Shown here one piece after another: positions 60,932 to 64,000 of a stretch of DNA of 64,000 nucleotides. Position numbers and translations under genes: made by a program. The number at the start of each line of letters is the position of its first letter. Positions within the stretch are counted from its first letter, which is position 1. The notes beneath the pieces were generated by a model. That model did no database searches. It saw only the letters and a list, made by a program, of their open reading frames with translations, and was not told where the DNA came from. This DNA comes from Nannocystis bainbridge (GTDB lineage Bacteria; Myxococcota_A; Polyangia; Nannocystales; Nannocystaceae), in NCBI RefSeq assembly GCF_028368995.1, contig NZ_JAQNDL010000001.1, forward strand, positions 3,712,001 to 3,776,000. Reading direction: 5' to 3'.

Positions 60932-62374
60932 ATGCCCCAGCCCGCGCGCCTCTCCGCGGCCCTCCTGCTCGCCTGCGCCTGCACCTCGAGCCTCGGCGAC
61001 GGCACCGACGCCACCCCGACCACCGGCCCGTCCTCCACCGCGACCACCGCCGAGCCGACGACGTCGACCCCGACGACCACGGGCGACGAGCCTGTCTCTT
61101 CGACCAGCTCGACCTCCGGCACCACCACCACCGACGACCCGACTTCGGGCACCGGCACCACCACCGGTGGTCCGGTCGCGCCGACGGTGATCCTCCCGCG
61201 GGCCGCGATCGAGCCCGGGGAGCTGGCCGTGCTCGCCAACGACCAGGACCCGCAGTCGATGGCCGTCGCCGCCCACTACATGGCCGCGCGCGGCCTGCCG
61301 GCGGACAACCTCGTCGTCCTCAGCTTCACCCCGCCCGGCGACGCGCTCGCGGCCGACACATTCGCCAGTCTCAAGGGCCAGGTCGACGCCGCCCTCGGCC
61401 CCGACATCCAGGCCCTGGCGATCGCGTGGACGAAGCCCTACCGCGTCGAATGTCAGTCGCTCGTCAGCGCCCTCGCGCTCGGCCACGACCCCGCCAAGTA
61501 CTGCAGTCAGCCGTGCACCGAGACCGCCCCGAGCGGCTACTACGATTCGCCCTCGCTGCGCCCGTTCACCGACCACGGCCTGCGCCCCGCCATGCACCTC
61601 GCCGGCACCTCCTTCGAGAACGTGCAGGCGTTGATCGATCGCGGCGTCGCGGCCGACGGCACCGCCCCGGGCGGCACCGGTTGGTTCGTGCGCACCACCG
61701 ACAGCGCGCGCAGCGTCCGCTGGCCCTCCTTCGTCACCACCGTCGAGCAGTGGAGCCCGCAGCCGCTCGCCCTGCAGTACGTCGACAACGCCATGGGCAC
61801 GGGCTCGGACGTGCTCGAGGGCCAGACCGACGTCCTCTTCTACTTCACAGGCCTCGCCGACGTGCCCGGGATCGCTGGCAACACCTACCTGCCCGGCGCT
61901 GTCGCCGACCACCTCACCTCCTACGGCGGCCAGATTTGCGACAGCGGTCAGATGAGCATCTGTCGCTGGCTCGAGGCCGGCGCCACCGGCAGCTACGGCA
62001 CCGCGACCGAGCCTTGCAACTATCCGGCGAAGTTCCCCGAGACCCAGGTGTTCCTGCCGCACTACTGGCGCGGCGAGACGCTGATCGAAGCGTACTGGAA
62101 GTCGGTGAATTGGCCCGGCGAGGGCGTATTCGTGGGAGAGCCGCTGGCGCGTCCGTTCGCCGGCGCCACCGTCGAGTTCGACCCCGATACGCTCTCCCTC
62201 CAGATCCACACGCGACAATTCGCGCCGGGCATCCTTTACACCATCGAATCGGCGCCGGCCGAGCAGGGCCCGTGGACCGCGGTGGGCGATTTCACCCCGA
62301 CCCTCGACATGGTCCACGAAATCGAGATCGCGGACGCCACGGAGCCCTTCTACCGGATCGTCGGCCCCGGCTGA
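60932..62374 (+). CDS. TIGR03790-like lipoprotein
   Basis: LLACAC lipobox, Thr linker, HYMAARGLP, PGAVADHLTSYGG, GATGSYGTATEPC..KFP. Confidence 0.82.
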   Translation: MPQPARLSAALLLACACTSSLGDGTDATPTTGPSSTATTAEPTTSTPTTTGDEPVSSTSSTSGTTTTDDPTSGTGTTTGGPVAPTVILPRAAIEPGELAVLANDQDPQSMAVAAHYMAARGLPADNLVVLSFTPPGDALAADTFASLKGQVDAALGPDIQALAIAWTKPYRVECQSLVSALALGHDPAKYCSQPCTETAPSGYYDSPSLRPFTDHGLRPAMHLAGTSFENVQALIDRGVAADGTAPGGTGWFVRTTDSARSVRWPSFVTTVEQWSPQPLALQYVDNAMGTGSDVLEGQTDVLFYFTGLADVPGIAGNTYLPGAVADHLTSYGGQICDSGQMSICRWLEAGATGSYGTATEPCNYPAKFPETQVFLPHYWRGETLIEAYWKSVNWPGEGVFVGEPLARPFAGATVEFDPDTLSLQIHTRQFAPGILYTIESAPAEQGPWTAVGDFTPTLDMVHEIEIADATEPFYRIVGPG

Positions 62375-62666
62375 ACTATTGTCATTCGCCGGATCGCCCC
62401 GGCGACGCTCGTGAACATCGTCAGCGCCGGACCGCCTTTGCACATCGCTCCATGACGCTTCGGGACCCCCACTGGGGTCAACGGGGAGCACGTCGGGCGC
62501 TGGTGAATGACGGGCGAATGCATGTTCGGGACGCCCCCGATGAGCGGCGCGCCGCATTATGCACACATGTGATCTGATTACAGTCTTCCCATGACATTCA
62601 GAAATCACCATACCAGACATCGAGGGTCCTTGTCGGCGGCGGCGACGCCTCGGTACTGTGACTGCG

Positions 62667-64000
62667 ATGGAAACTCGCAATTTGTGCATCAGTTCGCTCG
62701 TCACCTTGCTCACCATAGGCGGCACTCTTGAGTCCGCACAGGCCGCTGCGCCGTTCGCCGCCTTCGAGAGCGGCCAGGTGCGTCCGCTGGCGCTGAACTC
62801 CAGCCGAACCCGGCTTTATGCCGTCAATACTCCCGACAATCGCCTCGAGATCTACAAGATCAAGCACGGCGGCGGCCTCGAGCATGAAGCTTCCGTACCT
62901 GTCGGGCTCGAGCCGGTCGCCGTCGCGGTGCGCAGCGACGACGAAGTATGGGTCGTCAATCACCTCTCGGACAGCGTCAGCATCGTCGATGTCGACGACC
63001 CCACGCCGCACGTCAAGCGGACCCTGCTCGTCGGCGACGAGCCGCGGGACATCGTGTTCGCCGGGCCCGGCAAGTCGCGGGCCTTCATCACCGCCGCCCA
63101 CCGCGGTCAGAACGCCCCGTTCGACCCCAAGCTGACCACCCCCGGCATCGGCCGCGCCGACGTCTGGGTGTTCAACGCCAACAGCCTCGGGAGCAACCTC
63201 GGCGGCAGCCCGCTGACGATCGTCAACCTCTTCAGCGACACCCCGCGGGCCCTCGCCGTCTCGCCGAGCGGCCACCGCGTCTACGCCGCCTCGTTCGTGT
63301 CCGGCAACCGCACCGCCGTCGTCGCGCTCGGCGTCATCCCTGACGGCGGCCAGGGCGTCGGCGGCATCCCCTTGCCGAACGTCAACCACGCCGGCGTGCC
63401 CGAGCCCGACATGAGCCTGATCGTCAAGTACGACGGCAAGCACTGGGTCGACGAGATCGGTCGCTGGTGGGACAGCAAGATCAAGTTCAACCTGCCCGAC
63501 AAGGACGTCTTCGTCATCGACGCCAACGCCGGCACCCCGGCGGTCCTGCCCGGCAACTCCGGGTTTTACCGCAGCGTCGGCACCGTCATCTTCAACATGA
63601 TCGTCAACCCGCAGAGCGGGAAGGTCTACGTCTCCAACACCGAGGCGCGCAACGAGGTCCGCTTCGAGGGCCACGGCGACTTCGCCGGCTCGACCGTGCG
63701 CGGCCACACCGTCGACAACCGCATCACCGTGCTCGGCAGCGGCAACTCGGTCCACCCGCGCGACCTCAACAAGCACATCGACCGCGACGACTGTTGCGAC
63801 GAGATCCCCAACGACACCGGCGCCCTCAGCGTGTCCCAGACCCTCGGCATGGCGATCTCCGCCAACGGCCGCACCCTCTACACCGCCGTCCTCGGCAACG
63901 ACAAGGTCGTCCTCTACGACACCCGCGACCTCGAGGACGACGACCACTGGCCCGACGACATCGACCAGATCGCTGTCAGCGGCGGCGGCCCGACCGGGCT
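62667..64000 (+). CDS. Secreted YVTN/YncE-type beta-propeller protein, truncated by the window end
   Basis: Signal peptide, then [49 protein letters not shown]; open to the end. Confidence 0.85.
   Translation, partial: METRNLCISSLVTLLTIGGTLESAQAAAPFAAFESGQVRPLALNSSRTRLYAVNTPDNRLEIYKIKHGGGLEHEASVPVGLEPVAVAVRSDDEVWVVNHLSDSVSIVDVDDPTPHVKRTLLVGDEPRDIVFAGPGKSRAFITAAHRGQNAPFDPKLTTPGIGRADVWVFNANSLGSNLGGSPLTIVNLFSDTPRALAVSPSGHRVYAASFVSGNRTAVVALGVIPDGGQGVGGIPLPNVNHAGVPEPDMSLIVKYDGKHWVDEIGRWWDSKIKFNLPDKDVFVIDANAGTPAVLPGNSGFYRSVGTVIFNMIVNPQSGKVYVSNTEARNEVRFEGHGDFAGSTVRGHTVDNRITVLGSGNSVHPRDLNKHIDRDDCCDEIPNDTGALSVSQTLGMAISANGRTLYTAVLGNDKVVLYDTRDLEDDDHWPDDIDQIAVSGGGPTG

Overview
High-GC (about 70% by eye) chromosomal window, most likely from a myxobacterium of the Nannocystaceae (inferred from the many Thr-linker/Cys-rich DUF4215-type lipoproteins and Ser/Thr kinases). 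I found no rRNA, tRNA, integrase, transposase or cas gene. The first 12.3 kb hold five lipoproteins built as lipobox, Thr linker, Cys-rich stalk and a C-terminal DUF1554/endostatin-like head. Three are a 1378-bp tandem array with near-identical stalks and mosaic heads, followed by a decayed fourth start, a membrane Ser/Thr kinase and a VKOR-DsbA fusion in one apparent operon. The rest is mixed housekeeping and accessory content: RNA ligase plus HD-Pnk, a hybrid STK/AAA/GAF/HK, an ABC transporter, a WGR protein, an RND pump with TetR, dusA, a LigD polymerase domain, IscA/ErpA, gap, wecB/wecC/WecA-like/heparinase, an M50 protease and a TIGR03790-type protein. The most striking unexplained signal is a 14-bp interrupted palindrome, TGTC-N6-GACA. 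I counted at least 27 perfect copies by eye against about 0.5 expected. It occurs in phased 14-bp arrays in intergenic gaps and also inside coding sequences. All family assignments come from motif recognition, not database searches.
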